DNA of 64,000 bases from Candidatus Merdibacter merdavium (GCA_019119715.1 DWWM01000042.1:75629-139628), one strand, 5' to 3'; positions 29,418 through 38,287 are shown, numbered from the stretch's first letter. Notes: generated by a model from the letters alone, not told the origin. A program made the numbers and translations.

Positions 29418-29969
29418 ATGGATTTAAATCGGGCAAGCCGTTATTTGTCTTATCTGCTGCGGCATCATCCAGAAGCGGCTGGCATCACGCTGGACGCGCA
29501 TGGCTGGGCCGATGTGACAAGCCTGCTGGCAGGCATGAAGAAATATCAGATCACCAGGGCACAGCTAGAGAAGATCGTAGCGAGCGATGCTAAGCAGCGC
29601 TATGCCTTTGATGCGACAGGAACGAAGATCCGGGCGAACCAAGGTCATTCAGTGGCGGTCGATGTGGAGCTTCGTGAAAGTGAGCCGCCGGCGCTTTTGT
29701 GGCATGGCAGCGCCTGCCGCTTTGCGGCTTCGATCGCCGCGCAGGGGCTGAAGCCGATGGGCCGGCTGTATGTCCATCTTTCTGCCGATGTGAAGACGGC
29801 TCGTGCAGTCGGATCGCGTCATGGCATCCCCATTGTCTATGAGATCGATTGTGCCGCGATGCGCCGGGATGGCTTTGTCTTTTTTTGCTCACACAACGGG
29901 GTATGGCTGACCGACACAGTGCCATATCGCTACATGAAGGTGCTTGAGGACGGGCATGCTTCGGTATAA
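29418..29969 (+). CDS. kptA: RNA 2'-phosphotransferase (Tpt1/KptA family)
   Basis: SRYLSYLLRHHPE ... LDAHGWADV ... IRANQGHS ... LWHGS ... YVHLS blocks typical of Tpt1. Confidence 0.85.
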   Translation: MDLNRASRYLSYLLRHHPEAAGITLDAHGWADVTSLLAGMKKYQITRAQLEKIVASDAKQRYAFDATGTKIRANQGHSVAVDVELRESEPPALLWHGSACRFAASIAAQGLKPMGRLYVHLSADVKTARAVGSRHGIPIVYEIDCAAMRRDGFVFFCSHNGVWLTDTVPYRYMKVLEDGHASV

Positions 29970-30024
29970 AAAAAGAGCGGAACGTGTTAGACTATAACAT
30001 GCATAACAAATTGGAGGTAGGTAT

Positions 30025-31278
30025 ATGGAACTCACACAAGGTGTCACGCTGAGGGTGCTGCCGAGCGTCAAGTTCAAGGACGTCGGCATCTATGTTCGCT
30101 TCATTCACCCGCTGACACCGCAATTTGCTACAAAATGTTCGCTGATGGCACTGATGATGTCGGATCGCTGTGAAGCATATCCCACCAAGCAGGCGATGAG
30201 CCGCCGCAGCGATGAGCTGTATGGACTCTCGCTGGGCGTGCAGACAGTGGGATATGGCGCAGCGCAAGTGATGGAGATGCGTGCCCGCATGATCCATCCG
30301 CGTTTCGCGCACAGCGCGTCATTCCTTGAGGAATGCGTCTGTTTTCTGCATGAGCTGATCTTTCGGCCGCTGTTCAGCGAAGAAAATTTTGAAGAAGCTA
30401 AGCGAGTGCTGCGCATGAAGATCGAACGCATGCAGGATGATGCCGCGCAATATGTGGTCCATCGCGGGCTGAAGGCTGCCGGCGCAGGCCAGCCGCTTGC
30501 GATTTCTTCACTGGGAGAGACCGATGTGCTTGATTCGCTGACGCTGAGCGAGATGAGGGAAACACATCAGGCCTTGCTTGCGCAAAGCGGCATCGAGATC
30601 CTCGTCTGCGGTGACTTGCGAGAAGAAGTGTGCGCGCTCTTTCGTAAATATTTTTCCTTTGCGCCGCGTTTGGCAAAAGTGGATACGCATTATGTCATCA
30701 GCGCGGACAGCGAACCGCAGACAGTGACAGAAGAAAGGGATATTCCGCAGACGAGCATCATGGTGCTGTATTATACCCACACCGATGTGCTCGATCCAGA
30801 TTACTATGTGCTGCGGGTGATGAATGCGATGCTCGGTCAATATTCGAGCAGCCTGCTGTTCCAGAACGTACGGGAGAAAAACAGCCTGTGCTATTCCATC
30901 TATTCTAATCTGATCGCTTTTGACGGCGCGCTGGGCATCATGACCGGCGTCGATCCGGAAAATGTAGACAAAGCCCTGGGGCTGATCAAGGAACAGGTGG
31001 AAAAACTGTGCCAGGGAGATTTTGATGATGAGCTGCTCAGGGTCAGCCAGACGATGATCCGCAGTTCTTTGAAAGCCGGAGATGATGTGATGAATTCGAT
31101 CGTGGCGCTGCAATATCAGAATGACTTGCTGGGACGCGATTACAGCAGCGATACTATCATCTCTCTGATCGAGCAAGTCAGCAGAGAAGCGGTCATCGCG
31201 ATGGCACGCAAGCTGGAATACCGGCTTACTTGCATCGTGGGCAGAAAGGAGGTCGTGCATGAAGACGATCAGAAATGA
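30025..31278 (+). CDS. M16 (pitrilysin)-family protein, non-catalytic subunit type
   Basis: M16 fold-like sequence. The HxxEH position reads SLMALMMSD, with no zinc ligands. Overlaps the next M16 gene by 20 nt. Confidence 0.7.
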   Translation: MELTQGVTLRVLPSVKFKDVGIYVRFIHPLTPQFATKCSLMALMMSDRCEAYPTKQAMSRRSDELYGLSLGVQTVGYGAAQVMEMRARMIHPRFAHSASFLEECVCFLHELIFRPLFSEENFEEAKRVLRMKIERMQDDAAQYVVHRGLKAAGAGQPLAISSLGETDVLDSLTLSEMRETHQALLAQSGIEILVCGDLREEVCALFRKYFSFAPRLAKVDTHYVISADSEPQTVTEERDIPQTSIMVLYYTHTDVLDPDYYVLRVMNAMLGQYSSSLLFQNVREKNSLCYSIYSNLIAFDGALGIMTGVDPENVDKALGLIKEQVEKLCQGDFDDELLRVSQTMIRSSLKAGDDVMNSIVALQYQNDLLGRDYSSDTIISLIEQVSREAVIAMARKLEYRLTCIVGRKEVVHEDDQK

Positions 31279-32539
31279 GCGGTATCAGGAAACTTATGAA
31301 GTGCATACATTGGACAATGGCTTGCGCGTGGTGATCTGGCATAAACCGGGCTATGCCCGCTCATTGTTCATGATGGCCACGCCGCTTGGGGCATTGGACA
31401 TCCAGCAGATCGATGAAAACGGCACGCGCTGCGCTTATCCGGCCGGAATCGCGCACTTCCTCGAGCATAAGATGTTTGAAAAGAAAGACCGTGATGTCAT
31501 GGATGATTTTTCCCGCATGGGCGCCAGTGTCAACGCGTTCACTTCTTATAGCGAGACGGCTTACTATTTTTCTACGAGCGAGGATATCACTGAGCCGCTG
31601 AACTTATTGCTGGATTTTGTGCAGGAGCTGGACATCACGGATGAATCTGTAGAAAAAGAAAAAGGGATCATCGTTTCAGAGCTCAACATGTATCTGCAGA
31701 TGAGCGATAATCGTCTGCTCATGGAAACGTATAAATCGCTGTATCATGAGCATCCCTTGAAATATGACATCGGCGGTGATGCGCAAAGCGTCCGTTCCAT
31801 CACGCGTGCGCAGCTGGAAGAATGCTATGCGCGCAACTATCATCCATCTCGCATGATGTTGGTGGCAGTGAGCGGCAAAGATCCCGGTGAGATCCTGAAG
31901 ATCATCCAGGACAATCAGCGTCGCAAGGCATTTGCGCCGCGTCAAAAGTGGCGCCGGATGCCGTTGCAAGAGCCGGAAACCGTGGTGCGCGCGCACCATG
32001 AGTTTGAAATGGAGATCACCACACCGAAGATCGCCGTTGCCTATAAGCTTGCGCCGATTCCGGATGTCGGCGCACGCATGCGGCAGGAATGGTGCCTGCG
32101 GCTGGCCCAGGATCTGTGGTTCTCTTCCATGAATGAGGAATATCAGCACTGGCTCGATGAAGGGATCATCTCTGATTTTGTCGGCGCGGATGCAGATCTG
32201 GGCGAAGATTACGGCGTCTTGTTGTTTTACACCGAGACGGAAAAGGTCCGTCAGTTTGAGACGCTGATCGACGCGCTGGTGCGCCGCATGCAGGAAGAGC
32301 CGGTATCGGTGTGTCAGCTGGATCAGCTGAAGCATCGCTATTATGGACAGTCGGTGCGCACGCTTAACAGCTTTGATGATATCGCCATCGGCTATATCCG
32401 CAGCGCGTTTGCCGAATATGATTATCTGGAAACCATGGATATGATCGAGACGATCACGCCGCAGGAAGTGAATGAGGCCTGCCGGCATGTCGATCTGGCA
32501 CGCAAAGCAGTCGAGATCGTAAAACCGAAAAAAAAGTAG
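31259..32539 (+). CDS. M16 (pitrilysin)-family zinc peptidase, catalytic subunit type
   Basis: An inverted zincin motif, HFLEHKMF, is present. 426 aa. AAGGAGG lies 6 nt upstream. Confidence 0.8.
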   Translation: MKTIRNERYQETYEVHTLDNGLRVVIWHKPGYARSLFMMATPLGALDIQQIDENGTRCAYPAGIAHFLEHKMFEKKDRDVMDDFSRMGASVNAFTSYSETAYYFSTSEDITEPLNLLLDFVQELDITDESVEKEKGIIVSELNMYLQMSDNRLLMETYKSLYHEHPLKYDIGGDAQSVRSITRAQLEECYARNYHPSRMMLVAVSGKDPGEILKIIQDNQRRKAFAPRQKWRRMPLQEPETVVRAHHEFEMEITTPKIAVAYKLAPIPDVGARMRQEWCLRLAQDLWFSSMNEEYQHWLDEGIISDFVGADADLGEDYGVLLFYTETEKVRQFETLIDALVRRMQEEPVSVCQLDQLKHRYYGQSVRTLNSFDDIAIGYIRSAFAEYDYLETMDMIETITPQEVNEACRHVDLARKAVEIVKPKKK

Positions 32540-32620
32540 CTGTTTGATGAAAACTGTCGAATTTCGGCAGTTTTTTTCGGCTTTCTTTCAAATAGGGGCC
32601 ATCAGCGTCAGATGCCAGTT

Positions 32621-32649
32621 TTGAAGCACATGTCTGGAAATGATAATAT
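32621..32649 (+). promoter_or_regulatory. sigma-A type promoter with extended -10
   Basis: TTGAAG-17-TAATAT with TG at -15/-14 (TGATAATAT). Confidence 0.5.
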
Positions 32650-32710
32650 GATGCCCGAAGGCGGGGTGATACAGATGAGAACATTCTCATACCGGAGGGA
32701 GGAATAAGAC

Positions 32711-33028
32711 ATGAATGTGATCGTTCTGGTCGGAGAGGTGATCGAGCTTCCCTATTTGCGAGAGACGCCGGCAGGTTATCAATGCGCGACGATGGTGCTC
32801 AAGGTCGATCGTCCCTTTGCCAACAGTGACGGGGTCTATGAAGCGGACGAGATCGCGGTCACGCTGTGGAAGGGCATCGCGCAGACGACTTGCGCGGTGT
32901 GCGCGCTTCATGATGCCGTGGCAGTCAAGGGCAGGCTGACGACGCGTACGCATAACAAGGACGGTGTGACTTATCGCAACTATGAGGTGGTGGCTGAAAA
33001 GGTTTCCTTCATCAGAAAGGAAAGCTGA
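32711..33028 (+). CDS. single-stranded DNA-binding protein, short tail-less paralog (SsbB-like)
   Basis: OB-fold SSB pattern (MNVIVLVGEV..., VTLWKGIAQ, VKGRLTTRTHNKDGVTYRNYEVVAEKVSFI). The protein ends after the OB domain with no acidic tip. Confidence 0.7.
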   Translation: MNVIVLVGEVIELPYLRETPAGYQCATMVLKVDRPFANSDGVYEADEIAVTLWKGIAQTTCAVCALHDAVAVKGRLTTRTHNKDGVTYRNYEVVAEKVSFIRKES

Positions 33029-33097
33029 GGCCGCCGCCTCTTTCCTGTATGAAAACCGTGTTCAGGCGCATACTGTAACTGACAGGAGGTTGAATGG

Positions 33098-33637
33098 ATG
33101 AATTGGTTAAAGCTGACAGTGGGCATGTGCCTGCTGTTCATGATGAGCGCCTGCGGTGTTCAGCAAGCGGCAGACGAGGCAAAGAACGATGTGGAAAAAG
33201 CCGCCGATGATGTCAGGGACGCGGCGGAAGGAGCCAAGCGAAGCGCGCAGGATCAGGGGGAGAAGACCCTGGATGGCATGATGAGCTATCTGCGTGAGCA
33301 GGGCATAGAGCTGAGCGATGAACAGACATTGGATGACATCGCGTTTGCGGCCTATGACGGGCGAAGCTTCTATGTGGATGGCACGCAGATGTATCTGTAT
33401 CGCATCGACACCAATGATGAGACGATGCAGAAGGTGATCGCGCAGCTGAAGCAAGATGGCAGCGTAAGAGTGGAAAAGGATGGCGAAACGCTTTCGTACA
33501 GCGGCACACTGTTCGAGGATTATCTGTTGCTGCATGATCCGGGAGCGGATGTGCATGTATTTGTGGAAACGATGAATCATTACAGCGGGGGCTCAGCGAC
33601 CAGCAATGCGCTGCGGGAATCATCCACTACAGACTGA
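33098..33637 (+). CDS. hypothetical lipoprotein
   Basis: Lipobox LFMMSACG followed by an acidic Ala/Asp/Glu-rich linker. I recognise no motif. Confidence 0.5.
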   Translation: MNWLKLTVGMCLLFMMSACGVQQAADEAKNDVEKAADDVRDAAEGAKRSAQDQGEKTLDGMMSYLREQGIELSDEQTLDDIAFAAYDGRSFYVDGTQMYLYRIDTNDETMQKVIAQLKQDGSVRVEKDGETLSYSGTLFEDYLLLHDPGADVHVFVETMNHYSGGSATSNALRESSTTD

Positions 33638-33698
33638 AGGACGTCACAGCACGTTCTTTTTTTATTGCCCTGCATGCGAATTTGTGCTATTTTCATTA

Positions 33699-33727
33699 TG
33701 ACATTGATGATATCGCAGACATTGTCA
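33699..33727. promoter_or_regulatory. imperfect inverted repeat, candidate operator of the WYL regulator
   Basis: TGACATTG-N13-CATTGTCA (7 of 8 positions complementary), about 90 nt upstream of ATG 33817. Confidence 0.3.
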
Positions 33728-33816
33728 CCGTGGCTGGCCGCGGTCATCAGGCTGGAGAAAGGAAAAGACGTATCGCAGTGGCTGTTGGCGCATCACGCGA
33801 TCTGTCAGGAAATGAG

Positions 33817-34788
33817 ATGAATCGGACTGCGTTGTGCATTCGCATGCTGCAGCTGTTGAAAGTGCGCGGACGGATGCGGATCGATGAGATCGCCCAGGCG
33901 CTTGAGATCAATCCGCGCAATGTGCGTGAGTTTCGCAAAGAACTGGAGACAGCGGGCTATTCGATCTTACAGACGACCGGGCGTTATGGCGGCTATCAGT
34001 TGGATGCCGCTGCGCTTTTGCCGGCCGCCGCGCTCGACGCACAGGAAGAAGACGCGCTTCAGGAGGCTTGCCGCTATTTGCGCTCACATGCGGATTTCAT
34101 TGCTGCGGATGCCTTTGAGCGCGCGATGGGCAAGATCTTGTCTGCGCATTCCGCGCCAAAAAAAAGCCCAAGCATCTATCTGCAAGAGCGCATGCCAGGG
34201 ATCAGCGCCATGGAACAGCGCTATGTTGACCGCTGTGTCGAGGCCATCCGTGATCAGCGCAGCGTCATCCTGACTTACCGCACGCTCAGCGCGGCCAAAC
34301 CGTATACGATCGAGATCCATCCATATGAACTGCTCTTTTTTCAGGGCGCGTGCTATTGCCTGGCTTATTCGATGAAGGCGCACGATTTCCGCTCGTTTCG
34401 CTTCAGTGAGCAGCGCATGTTTGATTTTCGGCTGACGCAGCGCCGCTTTGACCGTGATCCGAATTTTGCAGTAGACCGCTATGTCGGGCGCACTGGCTTG
34501 ATTCGCGGAGATTTCATCCATGCTCGCTTTGAGGTCCGCCATGAACAGGCGCGGCGGGTCGCGGAGCGCAGCGTCGGCATTTCCTCAAAGATGCGCTGGA
34601 TCGATGCGGATACGCTGGAAGTCGATGCATGGATCGAGACAGAATATGAGCTCTTCGATCTGCTGCTGCGGCTTGGCGCGGATGCGCGGCTGCTCGAACC
34701 GGTCGATCTGGTTCAGCGCATGAAGGCACAGATCACGGCGATGCTGCGGCGATATGAAGAGGAGGAGCTGAATGATCCATCTGAGTGA
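33817..34788 (+). CDS. HTH plus WYL-domain transcriptional regulator (YafY-like)
   Basis: N-terminal HTH (MNRTALCIRMLQLLKVRGRMRIDEIAQALEINPRNVREFRKELETAGY). Central WYL-type segment (VILTYRTLSAAKPYTIEIHPYELLFFQGACYCLAY). The upstream part of ORF 33682.. has no SD and looks non-coding. Confidence 0.75.
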   Translation: MNRTALCIRMLQLLKVRGRMRIDEIAQALEINPRNVREFRKELETAGYSILQTTGRYGGYQLDAAALLPAAALDAQEEDALQEACRYLRSHADFIAADAFERAMGKILSAHSAPKKSPSIYLQERMPGISAMEQRYVDRCVEAIRDQRSVILTYRTLSAAKPYTIEIHPYELLFFQGACYCLAYSMKAHDFRSFRFSEQRMFDFRLTQRRFDRDPNFAVDRYVGRTGLIRGDFIHARFEVRHEQARRVAERSVGISSKMRWIDADTLEVDAWIETEYELFDLLLRLGADARLLEPVDLVQRMKAQITAMLRRYEEEELNDPSE

Positions 34789-36235
34789 TATTCGTAAATA
34801 TGAACGATGCCCAGCATTGCTCTGGCGCAGCGCGCATGAGCCGCAGCCATATTTCCCTTTTCTTCATCCTTCACGGCCTATGAGCGAACTGTGCAAAGCG
34901 TATTTTGGCTTGCATGAGCATTTCGAGGGACATACTGGGGATGATCCCGGCCGCGCGCTCGCCGCGCTGGATCATGCCGACACGCTGATCAATGCCCGTT
35001 TTGCGGCTCAGGGCGTCCGTGTGAAGATCCCGCTGATGAGGAAAAGCGAGAATGGCTATCTGGTGTATTTTGTCTATTGCAGCTGCGCGCCGCGGGAAAG
35101 CGAGGCACAGCTGATCAGTGACCATCTAAGCGTGCTGCAGACGCTGGAGATAGCGGTGGCGGATGTGCGCATCCTCTGCCTGGATCCTGATTATGTCAGG
35201 GCCGGGGAGCTCGATGTGCATCAGCTGATCACTGAGGAAGAGCATTTATTCAATGCGCACGGACATCCTGTTCACACGATCCGTGAGCTGTGTGCGCCGC
35301 TGCGGCGTGACCTGCAAGAACTGGCAGATGCGTGCGAGGCATGTCTTTCTTTGCCGCAGTGTCCGCAATTTGCGCGTACCGCAGCATGCACCCGAGGCCG
35401 GCGCTGCGCGTATTTTGATTCTTGCTTTGTCCCTGCAGCGGATGACTCCATCTTGTATCTGCAGCAGTCTTCTCAGAAACTTGCCATGCATCATGAGGGC
35501 ATCATCAGGATGGCGGATGCTGATCCTGAGCGGATCGAGGGACTGCGCTTTCAGTTCGCGCAGATCATGGCGGCCCGAAACGGCGGCCTGTTTGTCGATC
35601 GTCCGGCGCTGCGGCAGTGGCTGGATGACTGTGTCCATCATCCGATCACTTATCTTGATTTTGAATGGGATACGTATGCCATTCCGCCTTATGAAGGGAT
35701 GCGTCCTTTTGATGTCCTTTGCTTTCAGTTCAGCATGGACATCGAATCCGGGGAAGGCGCAGAGCTGGTGCATCATGAATTTTTGGGAGATGGAGACTGC
35801 CGGGAGGCGTTCATCCTGGCGCTGCTCGCGCATGTGCCTGCTTCCGGCACCATCCTGGTATTCAATATGGAAGGTGCGGAAAAATTGCGGCTCAGGCAGC
35901 TGGCGCGGCAGTTCCCGCAGCATGCCGATGCGCTTGCGGCGCTTTGCGCGCGCATGGTCGATCTGTCGCTCCCTTTTGCGTCCGGCACTGTGCATCATGT
36001 CCGGATGCATGGCATGTATTCGCTCAAGGTGCTGACCGAGATCTTTGCCGGCCGCTCGTATCACGAGCTGGATATCGAAAATGGCATGGAGGCAGTCAGA
36101 GCGCACCGCATGCTGGAGGCAGGCACGGAGGACGCGGCGCAGATCAGGGCGCAGCTGAGTGCTTATTGCGGCATGGATACCTATGCGGAGTATCTGCTGT
36201 ATCATGCGCTGCGGCGCCTGGTCGGTGAAGAATAG
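34772..36235 (+). CDS. DUF2779-like protein (Cas4/RecB-like N-terminal half with 4-Cys cluster, DEDD/RNase-H-like C-terminal half)
   Basis: LSDIRKYERCP opening motif, CPQFARTAAC-x5-C-x5-C cluster, YLDFEW and YCGMDTYAEY blocks. The GAGGAGGAG SD lies inside the end of the WYL gene, with a 17-nt overlap. Confidence 0.65.
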   Translation: MIHLSDIRKYERCPALLWRSAHEPQPYFPFLHPSRPMSELCKAYFGLHEHFEGHTGDDPGRALAALDHADTLINARFAAQGVRVKIPLMRKSENGYLVYFVYCSCAPRESEAQLISDHLSVLQTLEIAVADVRILCLDPDYVRAGELDVHQLITEEEHLFNAHGHPVHTIRELCAPLRRDLQELADACEACLSLPQCPQFARTAACTRGRRCAYFDSCFVPAADDSILYLQQSSQKLAMHHEGIIRMADADPERIEGLRFQFAQIMAARNGGLFVDRPALRQWLDDCVHHPITYLDFEWDTYAIPPYEGMRPFDVLCFQFSMDIESGEGAELVHHEFLGDGDCREAFILALLAHVPASGTILVFNMEGAEKLRLRQLARQFPQHADALAALCARMVDLSLPFASGTVHHVRMHGMYSLKVLTEIFAGRSYHELDIENGMEAVRAHRMLEAGTEDAAQIRAQLSAYCGMDTYAEYLLYHALRRLVGEE

Positions 36236-36236
36236 T

Positions 36237-36264
36237 GAAAAAGCAGCCGACGGCTGCTTTTTCG
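36237..36264. terminator. bidirectional terminator between convergent genes
   Basis: AAAAAGCAGCC-GAC-GGCTGCTTTTT. Confidence 0.7.
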
Positions 36265-36268
36265 TCAA

Positions 36269-38287
36269 TCAGTAAAACAGTTCATCATAGACTGTGTTGA
36301 TGAGCTCCCATGTCTGCTGGCCGATGATGCCGTCTGCCGTGATGCCCATCATTTCCTGGAATGACATGACGGCCGCGGCAGTGTTCCTGCCATAAATGCC
36401 ATCTGCCGCCACAGCAGGGATGGATGGGTAGTAGATGGAGATCTCGCGCAGGCGGTTCTGCATGAGGCGCACGGCTTCGCCGCGTGATCCGATCTGCAGC
36501 AAAGTGCCTGGGTATGGCGGCATGTCTTCGCCTGGCTCTTCGCCCTGGTCGATCTGGGCATTGATGGCAAAGATGCGATCCCATGTCTGTGAGCCGACCA
36601 CACCATCTACGCTCAGACCGAACTGCCGCTGGAAAGCTCGGACCGCGGCAGCGGTAGCGTTGCCGTAAATGCCATCTTCCACGATGACCGGGATCGCTGG
36701 ATATTGCTGCGAGATATTGTTTAGTGCCTGCTGTACCCGCAGCACCTCATCGCCGGAACTGCCTTGTCGCAGCAGGAAACCAGGATATTCCGGAATGCCT
36801 TCATCCGGCGCGATCTTGTCTGCCAGTGTTTCATATACAGCGTAGATGCGGTCCCATGTGGCTCTGCCTACGGCGCCGTCCTGGATCAGGCCAAAGGCCT
36901 GCTGGAAGCTGAGCACCGCTTTTTCTAAGCCGGGACCAAAGCGCCCGTCGATGTCGACATTGGGGATCTGCGGATAAAATACAGAGATCGCGCTCAGGTA
37001 ATATTGCAACAGCTGCACTTCTGGTCCTTTGCTTCCTTCACGCAGCACGGTGCCAGGCCATTCGCCGCTGTACAGGTCTTCGATCCGTCCGATCGACTGC
37101 AGTTCGGCAAGCTTGCGCACGGCGGCATAGATATAGCTGACTTTATACCATGTGGCTTTTCCGACGCGCCCATCCACGGTCAGGTCGAACTGCTGCTGAA
37201 AGACGCGTACGGCCGCTTCGGTCTGTGCGCCGAACACACCATCGACCGGCAGGATGATCGGAATGGCAGGATAGTTTACTGCGATCGCGTTGAGGAATTC
37301 CTGCAGTTCAAGAACTTCCTGGCCGCTGGAACCAAGAGACAGCACTCCAGGATAAGAAGCGGTGATATCTTGGATGTTGTTGCTTTCCCGGATCTCGATG
37401 TCGTTGCCGTAATAGTAGCGCAGGATCTGGATGGCGGTGTAGCCTTGGTTGGCCAGCGTGAGCGTGCCCCATTGCTTCATGCCTGGGCAGTCTGCGATCT
37501 TGCCATCGCAATATTCAGCGTAGTAAGGCTCCTGATAGTTGCTTTTCTGGATATATTGGTTGAATACTTCGTCGACGATCTCGGCCACGCTGGAAAAGAT
37601 GTTGCGGTCTTTGACGAAAGCTTGATCAAACGCCGTCGAGTTGGTGATGTCAAAATCATAGCCCTGGCTTGGGTACCATTCGGTATAGACGCGGTTGAGC
37701 GCCAGAGAGGCCTGTGCCCAGATATTGGCTTTGAGCGCCTCATACGGCCAGGTCGGATAGATCTCTGAGCTGGCGACATTCTTCAGGTAATATAGGAATG
37801 GCACAGTGACATTTTCGGCGCTGCTCTGCGGCCGTCCCAGATGCACGGTGATATAGGTCGGAATGACGATCTGTGAGAGGATCCTGCCGTTGTTGTGCGG
37901 TGTCTGTCCCTGGTTGTTGCCGCCATAGTTGGTCAAAAGATGATGATCAGGAATGTTGCTCACATCTCTTCCTTCAAATACTTGCCGGCGTGTCGGGATC
38001 GGATGAACGGGAAGATAGGAGGATTCTTCCGCGAATACCTGCACGTTCTGGATCTCCATGAGCTCATATCCGCTAGCGCGCATCTCCACGTTGTATGTCT
38101 CATAAGGACGGATGTCGCTTTCTTCTTCGAGCGAAAGGGCGATGTCTGGGGCATACAGCGGGATAGAGGGGGTCTTTCCTTCCTCATCGCTGACATAGAA
38201 ATTTTCATAGACGATCTCCCCTTGGTTGACTTTATAGATCCGGATGAGCGCATTGCTCAAGGCAAATGCCTCATCGGCGATCGACAC
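36269..38287 (-). CDS. SleC-like spore cortex-lytic enzyme / peptidoglycan hydrolase with four PG_binding_1 repeats
   Basis: Central block YYLKNVASSEIYPTWPYEALKANIWAQASLALNRVYTEWYPSQGYDFDITNSTAFDQAF resembles clostridial SleC as I remember it. Four C-terminal repeats of the G-x-x-G-x-x-V-x-x-L-Q ... DG-x-F/YG-x-x-T type follow. The coordinates use the first canonical start, GTG 38287. An SD-supported in-frame ATC at 38314 is discussed in the findings. Confidence 0.7.
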   Translation of the reverse strand: MSIADEAFALSNALIRIYKVNQGEIVYENFYVSDEEGKTPSIPLYAPDIALSLEEESDIRPYETYNVEMRASGYELMEIQNVQVFAEESSYLPVHPIPTRRQVFEGRDVSNIPDHHLLTNYGGNNQGQTPHNNGRILSQIVIPTYITVHLGRPQSSAENVTVPFLYYLKNVASSEIYPTWPYEALKANIWAQASLALNRVYTEWYPSQGYDFDITNSTAFDQAFVKDRNIFSSVAEIVDEVFNQYIQKSNYQEPYYAEYCDGKIADCPGMKQWGTLTLANQGYTAIQILRYYYGNDIEIRESNNIQDITASYPGVLSLGSSGQEVLELQEFLNAIAVNYPAIPIILPVDGVFGAQTEAAVRVFQQQFDLTVDGRVGKATWYKVSYIYAAVRKLAELQSIGRIEDLYSGEWPGTVLREGSKGPEVQLLQYYLSAISVFYPQIPNVDIDGRFGPGLEKAVLSFQQAFGLIQDGAVGRATWDRIYAVYETLADKIAPDEGIPEYPGFLLRQGSSGDEVLRVQQALNNISQQYPAIPVIVEDGIYGNATAAAVRAFQRQFGLSVDGVVGSQTWDRIFAINAQIDQGEEPGEDMPPYPGTLLQIGSRGEAVRLMQNRLREISIYYPSIPAVAADGIYGRNTAAAVMSFQEMMGITADGIIGQQTWELINTVYDELFY
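36272..37354 (-). repeat. four tandem peptidoglycan-binding (PG_binding_1-type) domain repeats
   Basis: The protein-level repeats start YPGVLSLGSSGQEV, WPGTVLREGSKGPEV, YPGFLLRQGSSGDEV and YPGTLLQIGSRGEAV. Each is about 80-90 aa. Confidence 0.75.
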
